A stretch of DNA of 62,351 nt, counting the filler, from Chiloscyllium plagiosum (taxonomy: Eukaryota): the NCBI RefSeq assembly GCF_004010195.1. It is 3 parts of one record of this genome, joined end to end, with 100 filler letters (N's around TTAATTAATTAA, not from the genome) between each part and the next. Parts side by side here need not be neighbours in the genome. Positions count along the whole stretch, not along the records: positions 30,562 to 58,816 come from NC_057717.1; positions 58,917 to 62,351 come from NC_057717.1; 1 more part is not named here. One strand, given 5' to 3'. The position numbers and the translations under genes were made by a program. Under the pieces are notes generated by a model. The model was given only the letters and a program-made list of their open reading frames with translations, made no database searches and was not told the DNA's origin. Shown one piece after another: positions 49,901 through 61,379 of this stretch (within the stretch, counting starts at the first letter, position 1; each line of letters opens with the position of its first letter).

Positions 49901-50809
49901 CCATCATCAGAAATCTTTTTTTCCATTTCCTTTCTCTCTCTCTCTCTCTCTCTGGACACTGGAGAATTTTATTTCAGATCTCCATTATCCACAGTTTCTT
50001 GGTTTATTTCACCTTTAATGTTGATGTGTCATGGTATGTCAGCATCACTGGCAAGGGCAGCATGTGTTGTCCATCCTAATTGCCCTTGACTATGAGGCCA
50101 TTTGTCAAGACAACATGGAGCCAACTATTTGTGGTGGGTATGAAGTCGTCCTTAGTCCAGACTGGGCAATAATGTTAAGTTTCTTTACCAAAGGCTATCA
50201 GTGAAATATTAAAAGAAATCCTGATTGTTTATGGTTTCCATCGGTGAAATTTCACGCCAATTTTTGTCATTCGACTTTAAGTTCAGACATCGGCTGTGTT
50301 AGAATTTCAAACAATGCCTTTCGAGTCATCACCTTTACCTCTTAATTACACGCCCAGCGACATTATGAATCTGATACAGAGTACCTGTTGTGAAGTACCT
50401 GTACTGACGGCAACAAGTTTGTGGTCAAAATATTTGTCACTGGTAGAGAGGTCAGAATACAACTGGAGTCATAAATTCTGAAGTTAACAAAGGTCTAGAT
50501 GATGTTTAATTCAGAAAGGGCACTGAGGCAGAGGTGGAGACTGAGGATATTATCGAGGTGGGTGTGGGCAGTTTCGATGACAGAGAGAATACCGAGACAT
50601 AAAACAGTTCAGGACAAAAGTCAGATTGAGGTTATGAACAGTCATGTTCCTTTTTAGATGTTTATGAGTGAGGAGTCGGACATCAATTTAAAGGAAGCTG
50701 AGTTTGTGACTGAACCTGAATAAAATGCTGTACATCTTAGCGAAATATCAATAACCGAATTAGCAATGATCTTCACCATAGTTTATAGAATTGACATGGA
50801 TAGATTTGC

Positions 50810-50983
50810 CAGGAACACCAATAATAGCGAGGATTAGTAGTAACCAACTTGAATAATCCTCAGTACTACTTCTATCCGCAACTCTAACCATGGTCAATCC
50901 TGAGAAAGCCAGTAAAGACCCAGAGATAAACTCCTGTTCATTGTAGTGATATTCCAATCTAATATTCTCAGATTCGGATCCAT
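50810..50983 (-). pseudogene. Disabled first coding exon of a GPR139/GPR142-like class A GPCR (shark-expanded family)
   Basis: The minus strand reads MDPNLRILDWNITTMNRSLSLGLYWLSQD*PWLELRIEVVLRIIQVGYY[-1]ILAIIGVP-G|gcaaat. It has N-glycosylation sequons (NIT, NRS), a YYxILAxxGVP TM1 start and a phase-1 exon end. Lesions: TGA at 50894-50896, frameshift at ~50836, GC donor. Confidence 0.7.
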
Positions 50984-51221
50984 TGCTGGAACATTTCAGT
51001 CTATTGTTCTGATTCACTTCCTCTCCCTCTCTCTGGAGCTGCTGATCCCTATCATGTTGAGCACGACGCTGCCCCTGATACTACGGGACAACAGGTTCAA
51101 ATAAGCCCCTTAATTATGGAAGAGGGAAACTCTCCAGTCACACTGTTAGGGTCCATGGAGACTGATATCAATCATAGTCACTGACCAAACAGCTCCAGTT
51201 AACCCATTTCACCGCATCCTG

Positions 51222-51276
51222 TATATATCACAATAACACTTAGTCTGGGTGGGGAATTGACATCGCTGACTATTGG
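51222..51276 (-). promoter_or_regulatory. Putative TATA box and CCAAT box upstream of the GPCR-like exon
   Basis: Minus-strand GATATATACAGG (TATATA at 51222-51227) lies ~240 bp upstream of the ATG; CCAAT (51272-51276) is ~45 bp further upstream. Confidence 0.45.
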
Positions 51277-51639
51277 GTGAATGGCACATCTCCAATTGTA
51301 AAGTTCGAGGTGATGGAGCGAGATGATGCTTTTTCTTCACAAGCTCGATGATTCTATTGTGTTTTGGCGGTGTAGGAATTGCTGGGTTCCCGAGACCGTC
51401 TATGATTGATCACCAGGCCTGCTGCATGCTTTCGTTTTATTTATTTATGTTTAACGCTGACATTTATCTTACCATAATTTAACGGCTTCGGTGGGATTAG
51501 GCATTTTTGAGAGGCTCCTGCAGTGCCATAGACGGCTTGATACACTCCATCCCTTGTGGTCCTTGAAGCTGCGACCTGGTCCTGTGGAGTGATGGCCAAG
51601 CTGGCATAGAAGCAGGATTCTTAGTTTTACCTTTTGCCA

Positions 51640-52072
51640 GTTATTGTTGGGGTCTCAGTAGGGTTGGAAGGCAGGAAATCTCTCCCGGCTGCTACACTCT
51701 CTCTCTCTGAGACTTCTCTCAGAATTGTCTTTTGATGTTAGTTCCTCCTGGATTGGAGAACTGCATGTGAGACAACCTGTTTCCTGAATTTCTTTTGTGA
51801 AAAGCAGGTGTTTATCGGATGCTGCCATTTTGGAGTAGTTATTGTATAGTAGTTAAATAATCTATTATTCTGTTATGTTTTCCAATACAATTACGTTATT
51901 ACAAGCTGCTCTTGTTTTTTCTGTATTTTATCGACGGTGTTTGAATATATTGTATTTTGCTGAATGTTGAATATTTTGACCAAACGAATTGCATTTGAAA
52001 CAAAGCACCTCATGCTTACTTTTAAAATAAGAAAACTTTCGGGTTGAGACGTCCTTCATCATATATTTTCAG
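51640..52072 (+). mobile_element. Degenerate LTR-like fragment
   Basis: Loosely similar, in opposite orientation, to 57623-57856 ('aatctattattctgtta.gttttc', 'ttgacca...gaattgcat'); no intact termini. Confidence 0.4.
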
Positions 52073-52290
52073 GTACATCAGCTCATGTGCATCGCAAGAA
52101 GGACACATATTCATGTTTTAATTGGATACTTACTTAATGGACAACATGTTGCAGAAATCCGGGGTTTAACAGCGGACTGCGCCGAACTGGAGGAGTGATA
52201 GCTCGATGAGGAATTATACCGGATACTCAATCCACTTCACAGATCCAGCCCAGACACGTATAAGCATAGATGAGATCCTTGCTCAGCATG

Positions 52291-52490
52291 GATCACTGTG
52301 CAGATCAGACTCAGTACAACCCAGCCATCTGTCCAGGATGGAGCATTATACAGACCCGGCTCAGGACATCCCAGCAATTTGTCAAGGATGGAGCACGGTG
52401 CAGACCAGGCTCAGGACAACCCAGCAATCTTCCAGGATGGAGCACTGTGCAGACGAGACCCAGTACAACCCAGCAATCTCTCCAGGATGG
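52291..52490. repeat. Minisatellite, 4 copies of a 49-50-bp unit with degenerate flanking copies to ~52605
   Basis: Consensus GAGCACTGTGCAGACCAGGCTCAG(T/G)ACAACCCAGCAATCTGTCCAGGATG. Confidence 0.92.
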
Positions 52491-53182
52491 AATACTGCAT
52501 AAGTCTCACCAGGCCACTGGCTATCTGTCCAACATGGGGACCAGCACAGACCACACCGGTGCATGGTTTCAGTAACCCAGATGAAACGGTCTGTCCAGCA
52601 TGGGGTGATATGCAGCTCACACTAGTGTCTTGCTTTATAAACAGGTTTCTGTTCAGTCTGGGTAGCTGTCCAGTGACAAGCAGTGAATTGTTCTGTAAAC
52701 TGGAAGCAGTTACCCTCCCAGCATGTAGAGCTGTGCACACCACCTCAGTGCATTGTTCAGTAGCACTGTGTTAGATCACTGCCGGGCGTGGGGAAACTTG
52801 CAGCCCATCCTGGAAGTGAAAGGATGGGAAGCTCCCATCCATTTACAGCTCCATATCTCCATTGTGCCATGACAATTGATGCTGTTGATATGAAAATCAC
52901 TGCTAGAGAGAAATGGTTGAGAAATCAGTTTAAATAACAACAAACAAAAGAATTTTGGGAAAACGAGAGAGGGAGATTGAGATAATATTTCATTGAAGAT
53001 CACACGTTTCACCATGCTGATATTAAGTTATTTCGACAGTCCCCTGCAACATGAGCCAGTATTCCCAGGATTGATGGGTGATCCGGATATTGGTGTGCGT
53101 TCAGATGATGGACAGTTTTGAATGAGCAATTGTTCTGCAGCCCTGTAACGGAAAGTGGGCACAACGGAGTCTATGACTCATT

Positions 53183-53720
53183 GGGCTGAATATAACAATA
53201 ATTTAGCTTTGTGTGATTTTCACTGAGTGTGACAGATGGATTGTCTGCACGAGGCTGAGCTAGATTTCTAGTACTATCATATCGAACTCACCTCATTAAC
53301 TACCCAGCCACCCCATGGTGTCCCTGTCATTCAATGCCAGCCCAATCCCACCCATCATGGCTGGAGTTCCTCACCACGGCCCGAATGCCCCGATAGTCCA
53401 TGATCCCTGGCACTGGTGCCATCTTTAAAAGCTAATGGTCACACGATTGAGCTCTCTCCGTTTGGAGCTGCCCTGTACAGTTTACCCTGAGCATGGCAGA
53501 CAGGGGTCAATTACACCGCGGTTTGTTGACAGGGGCATGGAGGTCCTGGTGGAAGTGCTAGTACAGAGGGGGACCATTTTCTTCTCAGAGGGAGCCACAC
53601 CGCAAGACCCACCAAGCATGGTCTGAGCTCACCATCCGGCTCAGTGCAGTATCTGCGGTCTGAAGAAATGTTCAGCAATACAGGACAAGCTTCAATAACC
53701 TTCCCCACTCTGTCAGGATA
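53183..53720 (+). mobile_element. PIF/Harbinger transposon relic with Myb/SANT-like DNA-binding protein pseudo-exon (53493-53717)
   Basis: Reads MADRGQL[fs]PRFVDRGMEVLVEVLVQRGTIFFSEG...[fs]AWSELTIRLSAVSAV*RNVQQYRTSFNNL, matching the PRF..LEVLV..AW..R..QC..WNDL pattern. TTTAAAA lies upstream and a GGGCTGAAT possible terminus is at 53183. Confidence 0.7.
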
Positions 53721-54557
53721 AGGGTCACCGTATTCTCCATGCTCCCTCATACACACTGTATATCTGGTATAGCACCGACACCCGAACACAATTCATAGTC
53801 CACTACTCTCACTACTGCATGCAAAGCCTTCTCTCTCTCTCTCTCGCTTTTGCAATACTCCCACGTGTTGATAGAACATTCTGAAGAATGTTAATTTTGG
53901 AATGTTCAAGTCAGTGTTCCAAATAATTCGCAATTTCAGGAAAATGTCAATGCCCCCGCATGTAACACAGTAGGGGAAGGAACAAAGTTGTACAGTTTCA
54001 AATCATATGCAATTCAAATCCACCATGAGGCCATTCAGCCCTTGAAAACATTCTAGCATTTAAGAAGATTGTGGCTGATCTGATGCTTTTCTCAACTCCA
54101 TGTTACATGAACTTTCAGTCATTCAACCCCCTGGGTTCCTGTCACTGAGCAGACAACACTCAGGCACTTTTACCCCGGTTTTCTTCAAGCCCATACTCGA
54201 GGGCATTTCCCAAGGGAGTGCACTCTCCCAACAATATATTCTATCAGCTTTCTCCATCTATATAATGGTAAGCACATTTTACACAGACCAATCAAAAGTC
54301 TACACTCATTTTATGGTTATCGATATCTAATCACAATTAGTAATTCTGGTTATTTCATTTGTCTCACCTTATCGTATTCAGCCAAAGATGGTTTTGAAAT
54401 GCTTGTCTCATCATAAAATACAATTTCTAGCAGAGAACGTTTTTACCCTCAGTCGTTATTTTGACCGTTATCTGAATGAACCTTTTTCCTTGTTATGAAA
54501 GTTTCTCTTGCCCTTTGCCCGTGACTGTTTCTGTCTGTAACAATTACACTGTCTCCC

Positions 54558-54760
54558 ACTCAGTTGGCTGGACGGCTGATTTGCGATGCAGATGAAGGCC
54601 AACGGCGCCGTTTCAATTCATCACAATGACAAAGGTTACCATGATAGGGACGCTGTGTCACCCTCAACCCATCACTCGAGGTGTGGTGACCCTCAGCTTA
54701 AACGACCACAAGTCGTCTCTCTCTAATGACAGAGCAGCCCTGTATTCCTTCGGAACTCTG
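54558..54760 (+). mobile_element. Second-family, old tRNA-derived SINE
   Basis: A-box-like 'ctcagttggctgg', B-box-like 'gtttcaattc', then body 'gaggtgtggtgaccctcagcttaaacgaccac...gacagagcagcc'. Confidence 0.5.
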
Positions 54761-55249
54761 TTCTATCACTGTCAGCATTTTAAAATGTTTTCGAGATTAC
54801 CATATCGTTTTGCCGGATGTTCTGAAGCAGTGTCATTATGTACCACTGTCAACATTTCCCCATGCTGCACATTGCTGCCCATTCCCTGATAATCCTTGAC
54901 TACATTGTTACTTATGCACCTTCTGTCTGTGCCTCAAAAATACTCAATATCCCTTCCTCCAATGGTCTGCGGGGAAGAGAGTTCCAAAAACTCACAGCAC
55001 TGAGAAAACAAAAAAAAGCATAACCTGGGGTGTGAGGTTGTTTTTTGTCTACTTCCCTGAGATTGTATATAATTACATTGGAAGCAGATCAGAGATGTTT
55101 CACTTCATGTATTCCAGGGATGAAGGTCTTATATTATGGTTACTCACAGAAAGAGAGGTGATCTTACTGAAACATACAAGACCTTCAGCAGAGTGTATCA
55201 GGTAGATATCCACTGGGTATTTGTATACTCCAAACTTCTTGCCATTGTT

Positions 55250-55610
55250 CTAGAACCTCAACCGTGTGGAGGCAGGGCATTCTGCCCATCAAATCCACAC
55301 TGACCCACTGGACAGGATCCCACCCAGAGTGCCCCCCCCCCCCCATCCTATCCATGTAACCCTGCATTTCGCATGACTAACTCACCTAACATACACATCC
55401 CTGGGCACTATGGGCAAATTGGCATAGCCAATTCACTCTATGTTGCACATTTTTGGACTGTGGAAGGAAACTGAAACACTGGGAGGAAACCCACACAGAC
55501 ACGGGGAGATTGTTCAAACTCCACATTCAGGACGCCCGAGGTTGGAATTGTACCCAACTCCTTGGTGATGTGAGGCAGCAGTGCGAAACACAGATCCACC
55601 ATGCTCCTCC
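55250..55610 (-). mobile_element. Degenerate HE1-type tRNA SINE
   Basis: 'cacatccctgggcactatgggcaaattggcatagccaattcac...ggaggaaacccacacagacacggggaga...gtgaggcagcagtgc'. Confidence 0.85.
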
Positions 55611-57622
55611 TTTGGTTATATTAGTTACTTGTGTCTGACTAAAGAAATCTGCTTGACTTGTTGTTATCACTGAACTTGACCCAGTCTAAGACTTTTATCA
55701 TCTGCCATATCACCAACATGGTCACATTTTAAATGTGATTGAGTAGTGAAGGAGTGGGACTAGAAAAGGAAACAGTGACACCCTCCAATCTCAGTCAGAA
55801 CCGGAATGAGGAGAAATTCACAAAGTGGGAATTTATTCACGTAGGAATTCTCCTTCCCAGAAGTATGAGATGGCTGAAGCTTTATATTATGTCGAGGCTG
55901 GCTTCATCTGATTTTCCATAGACAGGTGCATCAGGGATAATGGTGCATGGGGAGAAAAGTGCAGCTGGGACCACAATGAGATGAGCCACGACCTTATTAA
56001 CTGGTGGAGTAGAGTCAAAGGGCCGAATGTCCCACTCGTGTCCCTCAGTCTTATGTTCTGATGTTCCATTCAGCCCTTCAGACCTGCCACAAAGGGGCAG
56101 ATAGAGGTCACCCCGACGGTTAGGTGTAGTTTGATGTATGTCAAAGCTGCTCAATTGTCCTGACCCACTTGGATTGCAATGAGTTGATCCAGCAGATACC
56201 TCCTTCCTAACAGCTGAGAGCTTGTGACACATTTACAGAGTTTTCCCACAGACTGCACAGAAACATTGGGATAAGAGTAGTTCATTCAACACATTGAGCC
56301 TCCCCCATTCTTGTTTTTGGTCTAACATCTCCTCAATTATTTTTCACAAAAACTGCATACTGTATATCCTTTGAGGTGATTAATTATCGGAACAACATGA
56401 ATTAGGAACTTCAGTCCATCAATTTTGCTTTCCCATTCAATATAAGGATGGTTGATCCTCTATCTTCACACCAAACTCCTGCTGCAACCTCGTCCCTTTA
56501 GTGTCCAGAAAATACTTAACGAAATTCAGTGTCTTGGCTTCCACAGGCTTGTGTGGTATAGAATTCCCAGATCCACCAGTCTATGAGTGCAGACATTTAT
56601 TCTCATCTCCATGCAGAGTGCCCTGACCGTACCTAACACTGTGGTCCCTTGTATTCGACGTCCCAGCCAGGAGAATTACTGCTTCCAGTATATCTCGCCC
56701 TGTCAGAGTATTATATATCTCACTGAGATCCCCACTCATTTTCCTAAACCACATGGAATACAGACTCAGTTGCCCCAAATTCTGCTCCCACAACAAGTTT
56801 GTCATCCTAGATATCAGTCTGGTCATCCTTCGCTTCTCTCCCTCAGTGCCAGGTTTGTCCTTTATTAGGTAAGGAGACCAAAACTGCACACAATATTACA
56901 CAAGACACCAAGACACGGTACACTGTAATAAGATACCCTTATTCCTGGACTCAAATTCCCCGGAAATGAAGGTCAACACAACATTTACCTTCCTAACCGC
57001 TTTCAGTTGCTCCAATAATGCTTTCAGTGACTGGTGTACAGGGAGATCCAGATCCTTTTCAATGTTCCATATACCCACTTGGTGGGTCTATGTACACTGT
57101 GCATCGTGCCATTTCCAATCCCAGTATTGACTTCTGGCTTCAGAATTCACTGCCGTGAATGGACCTCAGAGTTCGGTGAAGAGGTCAACAAAAGTATGCA
57201 CGTTAGTATCTTCACAGATCAAGATTTTCACATCAATTCCTTTTGAAATGCTAGCCTGATATTATATTTTTCCAAACAAAATGTTCAATGTTACGTCTAT
57301 CCACATTGCTGTTCATCTGCCACGTATTTGCCCATTCCCTCCACGTGTCTCAATTACCTTGAACTTCTTTACATCCGCCTCACCCAATCAATTCTCAGTT
57401 TGGTGCCATCAGCAGATTTTGAAAGATTACATTTAGTACTCTCGAGCAGATGTTTAATCTGCTTCCTGAATAGGTGGGTGCCAAACATCAATTCCGGGAT
57501 CATCCTGTTCGTAATTGCTTTCCACTCCAAAAAAAGGAACTTGTTTATTCTGACTCACTTTTTCTTTCAGCTCTCTCCCATTCTCAACCCATGCCAGTAT
57601 ATTAGATCTCACTGTTGCACAC

Positions 57623-57856
57623 TGTTATGGGCCAGGACAGACCACCTCAAATCATTTCAAGGACTCAAACTTTGCTTGTTGCCTTAGGCAGGTGTGAGGC
57701 GGATATTCCAGGAATGACGCAGCTGGTCAAACCAATTAGTTTTAAGTAAAACAGAATTTATTTTCAAGGTTACGGAATGAAACACAAACAGAAGAGAATA
57801 GCATGCAGAATAACAACCTATCCGAAAACCCAACAGATTATCCTAACTTAATGATG
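57623..57856 (-). mobile_element. Partial LTR (3' end), probably from an LTR retrotransposon
   Basis: The minus strand has AATAAA ('aaataaattctgttttac') and ends ...GGCCCATAACA (CA terminus); it abruptly truncates the preceding paralogous block. Confidence 0.5.
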
Positions 57857-58187
57857 TTAGCAAATGAACTTCATAAGTAGTGGGTACATGGGAAGACCAA
57901 GAACTGACTTTCAATCCAGCCTACAAAAATGTAGGGCATTACAGTGTGATATGATTAGGAATGACAATACTAAGAGAGAGCCAATTAGAAGCCATAACCA
58001 TGCTACTCGTTCCACAGTAAGTAGAACTAAAGTGACTATTCCCAGCTTTTGTCATTTTAAAGTTTTATAAATAAATATTTAAAAATATTAAAAGTTGGCT
58101 ACTCAACTAATCTTCCAGGTGAAGCTTTCTGGTCTTCAATTGCACTCCACTTCTCAACTGAGAATCTGAAAATGGTTTAAAGCCATT

Positions 58188-58500
58188 GGGTGGTACAGTG
58201 GCACAGTGGTTAGCACTGCTGCCTCACAGCGCCAGGGACTCGCGTTCAATTCCCACCTCAGGCAACTGTCTGTGTGCAGTTTGCACATTCTCGCTATGTC
58301 TGTGTGGGTTTCCTCCGGGTGCTCCGGTTTCCTCCCACAGTCCAGAAATGGGCCGGTGAGCTGAATTGGCCATGCTAAATTGCACGTAGTGTTAGGTGAA
58401 GGGGTAAATGTAGGCGAATGGATCTGGGTGGGCTGCTCTTTGGAGGGTCGGTGTGGACTTGTTGGGTCAAAGGGCCTGTTTCCACACTGTAAGTAATCTG
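58188..58500 (+). mobile_element. Full-length HE1-type tRNA SINE
   Basis: A box TGGCACAGTGG (58199), B box GCGTTCAATTCC (~58242), body 'tgggtttcctccgggtgctccggtttcctcccacagtcca' and CR1-like 3' end GGGCCTGTTTCCACACTGTAAGTAATCT. Confidence 0.95.
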
Positions 58501-58519
58501 TATCTGAATAATCTAAGGT

Positions 58520-58816
58520 GTTGTTCGAAGTATATACTCACCCTTAGAAGCCGTCGGTCATTTCCAGTGCGAGTAGCAGCGAAGGTAAGACCGTTTGGTT
58601 TTAAAAGTGCTTACCGGTAGCGGGCAGCGGTGTTTTTTTTTCTCTTTCACTCTCTCTTCACAGAAAGAGCGGGAGCACCAGGGGGAAGTGACGACGACCA
58701 GAGGGGCAGCCGAGACCCGGAACCAGTTAGTGTAAGCTTACCTGGGTAGGTTTTTTTCCCCCTTTAAAAGCGCGAAGGAGAGAACAAGTATACCGTTTTG
58801 GATACTTGTGGGGGGG
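58520..58816 (+). mobile_element. CpG-rich segment resembling a CR1 5' UTR/internal promoter joined to an ORF1 motif
   Basis: GGAAGTGACG and CCGGAA motifs and many CpGs; ends 'aacaagtataccgttttggatact' (NKYTVLDT, CR1 ORF1-like) at the gap. Confidence 0.5.
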
Positions 58817-58860
58817 NNNNNNNNNNNNNNNNNNNNNNNNNNNNNNNNNNNNNNNNNNNN

Positions 58861-58872
58861 TTAATTAATTAA
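58861..58872. other. Artificial six-frame-stop linker inside a 100-base gap
   Basis: 44 N + TTAATTAATTAA + 44 N. Confidence 0.95.
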
Positions 58873-58916
58873 NNNNNNNNNNNNNNNNNNNNNNNNNNNN
58901 NNNNNNNNNNNNNNNN

Positions 58917-59900
58917 GTGACAACATTCAATCTACCCAAAGAAATAAATCTAATTCCTTGCGAACGGTTTAATGAGCTGTGTGAGTTTGCAGCAAACAGG
59001 ATTATATGAAACGAGTTTAAGAGCCTTTTCAAGAATGTAATCCAGTGCAGTGTTAGAGATTTGAAAAAGGTAATCAAGCTAAAATATCATCTCTGTTTCT
59101 CGATCCACAGATGGATAATTACTTGGGGAATATGTGCAGTTTTATGGTTAACAATTGATACCTTTCCCAGATCAGAAACTGGAGTTTTAGAATAGATGCT
59201 GCTTTATTCGACATTATTCTTCAACTATGCTTCAGTCTGATGCTGCAATAATTCCTGATTAACGTCAGTAAAAACAGCTTTAGATAACGATTGGAATTAC
59301 AGCTGCGGCGTTTTTACACGCTGTTAAGGACCAAACGCTGATCAGTTGCTCCACTGGAGCCGCCGGCAACAAGCCGATAACGTGCCCTACTCGTACTTCT
59401 GGCACCTTCGACCCGCCTGTTCTACTTTTGCTGTGGTTCTGAAATTACAGCTAAGGCAGAGGAGGAGGAACTGATATGGACCTGTGACTTTTCGAGCATC
59501 AGGTTCAGGAAATGGGACATAGAAAAACGTTGTGCAAAATAGAGTTGATTAAAAACTGGGTTTCTGTGGGTCACTGCGTTGTTTACAGACAATGTTATAT
59601 TATCGCTGTCACAGGACTTCTCATTTGGTCTGCTTCAATTTGGCACAGAATTCGATTCAACGAAACGTCACTATCTTCTTTCATTCGATTCAACGAAACG
59701 TCACTATCTTCTTTCTGCATGTTCCTACAGACAACAAGAAATATACTGCACTCATCACCAATATTCAACATGGTTACATCCAAGGACATGTTGTACAGTT
59801 TTCATGAATACTGAAGATATCAGAATGTTATGCAAGAGTAAATTGAATTTCAGTTTAAATTGTAAAGTGACAAAAATCCAGAGTAAGATCCAGAATGCCC
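58917..59900 (+). pseudogene. Decayed coding-like segment of unknown, possibly viral origin
   Basis: Over 110 stop-free codons run into the gap (LKTGFLWVTALFTDNV...KIQNA), preceded by protein-like frames with scattered stops. About 28 CpG in ~980 bp; in-frame 33-bp duplication at 59650-59715. Confidence 0.4.
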
Positions 59901-60859
59901 NNNNNNNNNNNNNNNNNNNNNNNNNNNNNNNNNNNNNNNNNNNNNNNNNNNNNNNNNNNNNNNNNNNNNNNNNNNNNNNNNNNNNNNNNNNNNNNNNNNN
60001 NNNNNNNNNNNNNNNNNNNNNNNNNNNNNNNNNNNNNNNNNNNNNNNNNNNNNNNNNNNNNNNNNNNNNNNNNNNNNNNNNNNNNNNNNNNNNNNNNNNN
60101 NNNNNNNNNNNNNNNNNNNNNNNNNNNNNNNNNNNNNNNNNNNNNNNNNNNNNNNNNNNNNNNNNNNNNNNNNNNNNNNNNNNNNNNNNNNNNNNNNNNN
60201 NNNNNNNNNNNNNNNNNNNNNNNNNNNNNNNNNNNNNNNNNNNNNNNNNNNNNNNNNNNNNNNNNNNNNNNNNNNNNNNNNNNNNNNNNNNNNNNNNNNN
60301 NNNNNNNNNNNNNNNNNNNNNNNNNNNNNNNNNNNNNNNNNNNNNNNNNNNNNNNNNNNNNNNNNNNNNNNNNNNNNNNNNNNNNNNNNNNNNNNNNNNN
60401 NNNNNNNNNNNNNNNNNNNNNNNNNNNNNNNNNNNNNNNNNNNNNNNNNNNNNNNNNNNNNNNNNNNNNNNNNNNNNNNNNNNNNNNNNNNNNNNNNNNN
60501 NNNNNNNNNNNNNNNNNNNNNNNNNNNNNNNNNNNNNNNNNNNNNNNNNNNNNNNNNNNNNNNNNNNNNNNNNNNNNNNNNNNNNNNNNNNNNNNNNNNN
60601 NNNNNNNNNNNNNNNNNNNNNNNNNNNNNNNNNNNNNNNNNNNNNNNNNNNNNNNNNNNNNNNNNNNNNNNNNNNNNNNNNNNNNNNNNNNNNNNNNNNN
60701 NNNNNNNNNNNNNNNNNNNNNNNNNNNNNNNNNNNNNNNNNNNNNNNNNNNNNNNNNNNNNNNNNNNNNNNNNNNNNNNNNNNNNNNNNNNNNNNNNNNN
60801 NNNNNNNNNNNNNNNNNNNNNNNNNNNNNNNNNNNNNNNNNNNNNNNNNNNNNNNNNNN

Positions 60860-61275
60860 AGGCAGCATCCGAGGAGCTGGAGAATCGATGTTTCGGGCAT
60901 AAGCCATTCGTCAGGAATGAGACTTTTGGGTGGGGTTTGAGGGAGGGGAATGGGGTTAGTGGTCAGGTAGCTGGGAAAGAGATAGGTGGATGAAGGTGAG
61001 GGAGAAGGTGGTAGTTCAGAGGGGGATTGTTAGCCGGGTCCAGAGAGCAGTGCCTAGTTGGAGGCTTTGGACTGGGATAATGTGGGGGGAGGTGAAATGA
61101 GTAAGCTGTTAAAATACACATTTATCCCGTGTGGTTGTAGGGTCCTAAGGTAGAATATGAGACGTTCTTCCTCCAGGCATCGGCTGGTAATGGAATGGCA
61201 GTAGCTTGTGCCCTCAGATGCTGTCTGACGTGCTGTGCTCTTCCAGTACTACACTTTAGACTCTGAGCTCCAGCA
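60860..61275 (-). mobile_element. Penelope-like element 3' end (GIY-YIG C-terminus + pLTR with hammerhead-like motif)
   Basis: The minus strand at 61203-61105 reads YCHSITSRCLEEERLIFYLRTLQPHGINVYFNS, followed by a pyrimidine-rich 3' region and CUGACGA-AUGGCUUAUGCCC-GAAAC at 60913-60889. Confidence 0.85.
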
Positions 61276-61379
61276 CCTGCACACCTCACTTTCGCTTATC
61301 TTCGCAGGGGGAATGGTCAGACACCACCTTGGTAAATCTCCTCTGATCACGTTCCCGTGCAATCACACGTTTCCTGAAG

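Noticed and set aside
52291..52490. Possible CRISPR-like array
   Set aside because: Units are contiguous without unique spacers, there are no cas genes, and the context is eukaryotic.
58188..58265. tRNA-like sequences (also the other SINE heads)
   Set aside because: They continue into SINE bodies with CR1-like tails; these are not tRNA genes.
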